Positions 63,298-64,000 of a stretch of 64,000 nucleotides of DNA are shown one piece after another. The stretch covers positions 411,618,001-411,682,000 of the forward strand of contig OZ024740.1 of the NCBI GenBank assembly GCA_964016885.1. The letters are read 5' to 3'. Below the pieces are notes generated by a model. The model made no database searches, was not told the DNA's origin, and was given only the letters and a program-made list of their open reading frames with translations. Source of the stretch: Eledone cirrhosa. Its lineage: Eukaryota. The translations under genes and the position numbers were made by a program. The stretch's first letter is position 1; each line of letters starts with the position of its first letter.

Positions 63298-63465
63298 CAC
63301 ACATATATACACATACACACACATATATATATATACATATATAAATATACACATGTACAAACATATACAAAAACATCTACAGAAATACACATATACACAC
63401 ATATACAAAATACATAAAACCACATACACAAATATATATATATATATATATACACATATATATAC

Positions 63466-63507
<42 letters not shown>

Positions 63508-63532
63508 CATATATATATACATACACGCATAT

Positions 63533-63565
<33 letters not shown>

Positions 63566-63580
63566 GATAAATATATATAT

Positions 63581-64000
63581 GAACCAGTAAGACCCCGACA
63601 GCTGAGCTCAAGCCGTTTCGACGGCTAATTAGCGAATTAGCCGTCGAAACGGCTTGAGCTCAGCTGTCGGGGTCTTACTGGTTCCTATTACCCACTCTAC
63701 TACCTTATGCAAACTATGGCTGAACGTAACCGTCGAGATACTAAGAGGTGGAAGCGGCCTGATAAACCTCAGAACCGACTTCTTCGGGACATGCAGACAC
63801 CTTAGAGCCGGGACCTTTCTCAAGATATATGGACAGTAGCAACACAAGAAGATGTGAACTCCCCTCAAGCTATAGGGACTTCTACAGAACATGAAAACAC
63901 CTATCGGCCAGACCTCCCTCAAGCTATATGGGCAGTAACAACACCCTAGGTTGTGAACTCCCCTCAAACCATAGGGAACAACCCAGGCTGAGCAGACACC
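63581..64000 (+). mobile_element. Family A fold-back followed by GC-richer sequence running off the window
   Basis: Arms 63581-63630 and 63635-63684, then a divergent continuation with a ~105-bp imperfect repeat. Confidence 0.75.

Noticed and set aside
62238-63628. YIYI/VCVC/THTH ORFs here and throughout the window
   Set aside because: Translations of dinucleotide microsatellites.

Overview
AT-rich, microsatellite-dense eukaryotic DNA. An octopod cephalopod source is inferred from the tRNA-SINE family and the repeat landscape. Most of the window is intronic sequence of a minus-strand nicotinic acetylcholine receptor (Cys-loop) subunit gene, of which two exons are recognisable: 53870-54012 and 38940-38984. 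The introns hold three near-full-length L1/Tx1 LINEs and truncated relatives, R4/Dong-type RLE LINEs in (AAT)n tracts, a decayed Penelope-like (Naiad-type) element, a CRE fragment, non-autonomous Helitrons (including a head-to-tail dimer), a hAT MITE and tRNA SINEs. The most striking unexplained layer is about 15 short inserts from several unrelated families, almost all sitting in (TA)n tracts. Most carry a type I hammerhead ribozyme (HHR) motif, and most have an inverted fold-back arm plus a one-sided tail. One is a 542-bp tandem repeat with a fully paired HHR in each complete unit (retrozyme/circRNA candidate). Several carry a non-canonical U3-A8 core. Separately, all three L1/Tx1 families keep a G|GTAAGT splice-donor consensus at the end of ORF1. 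All structures were read by eye; no folding, alignment or database search was run.
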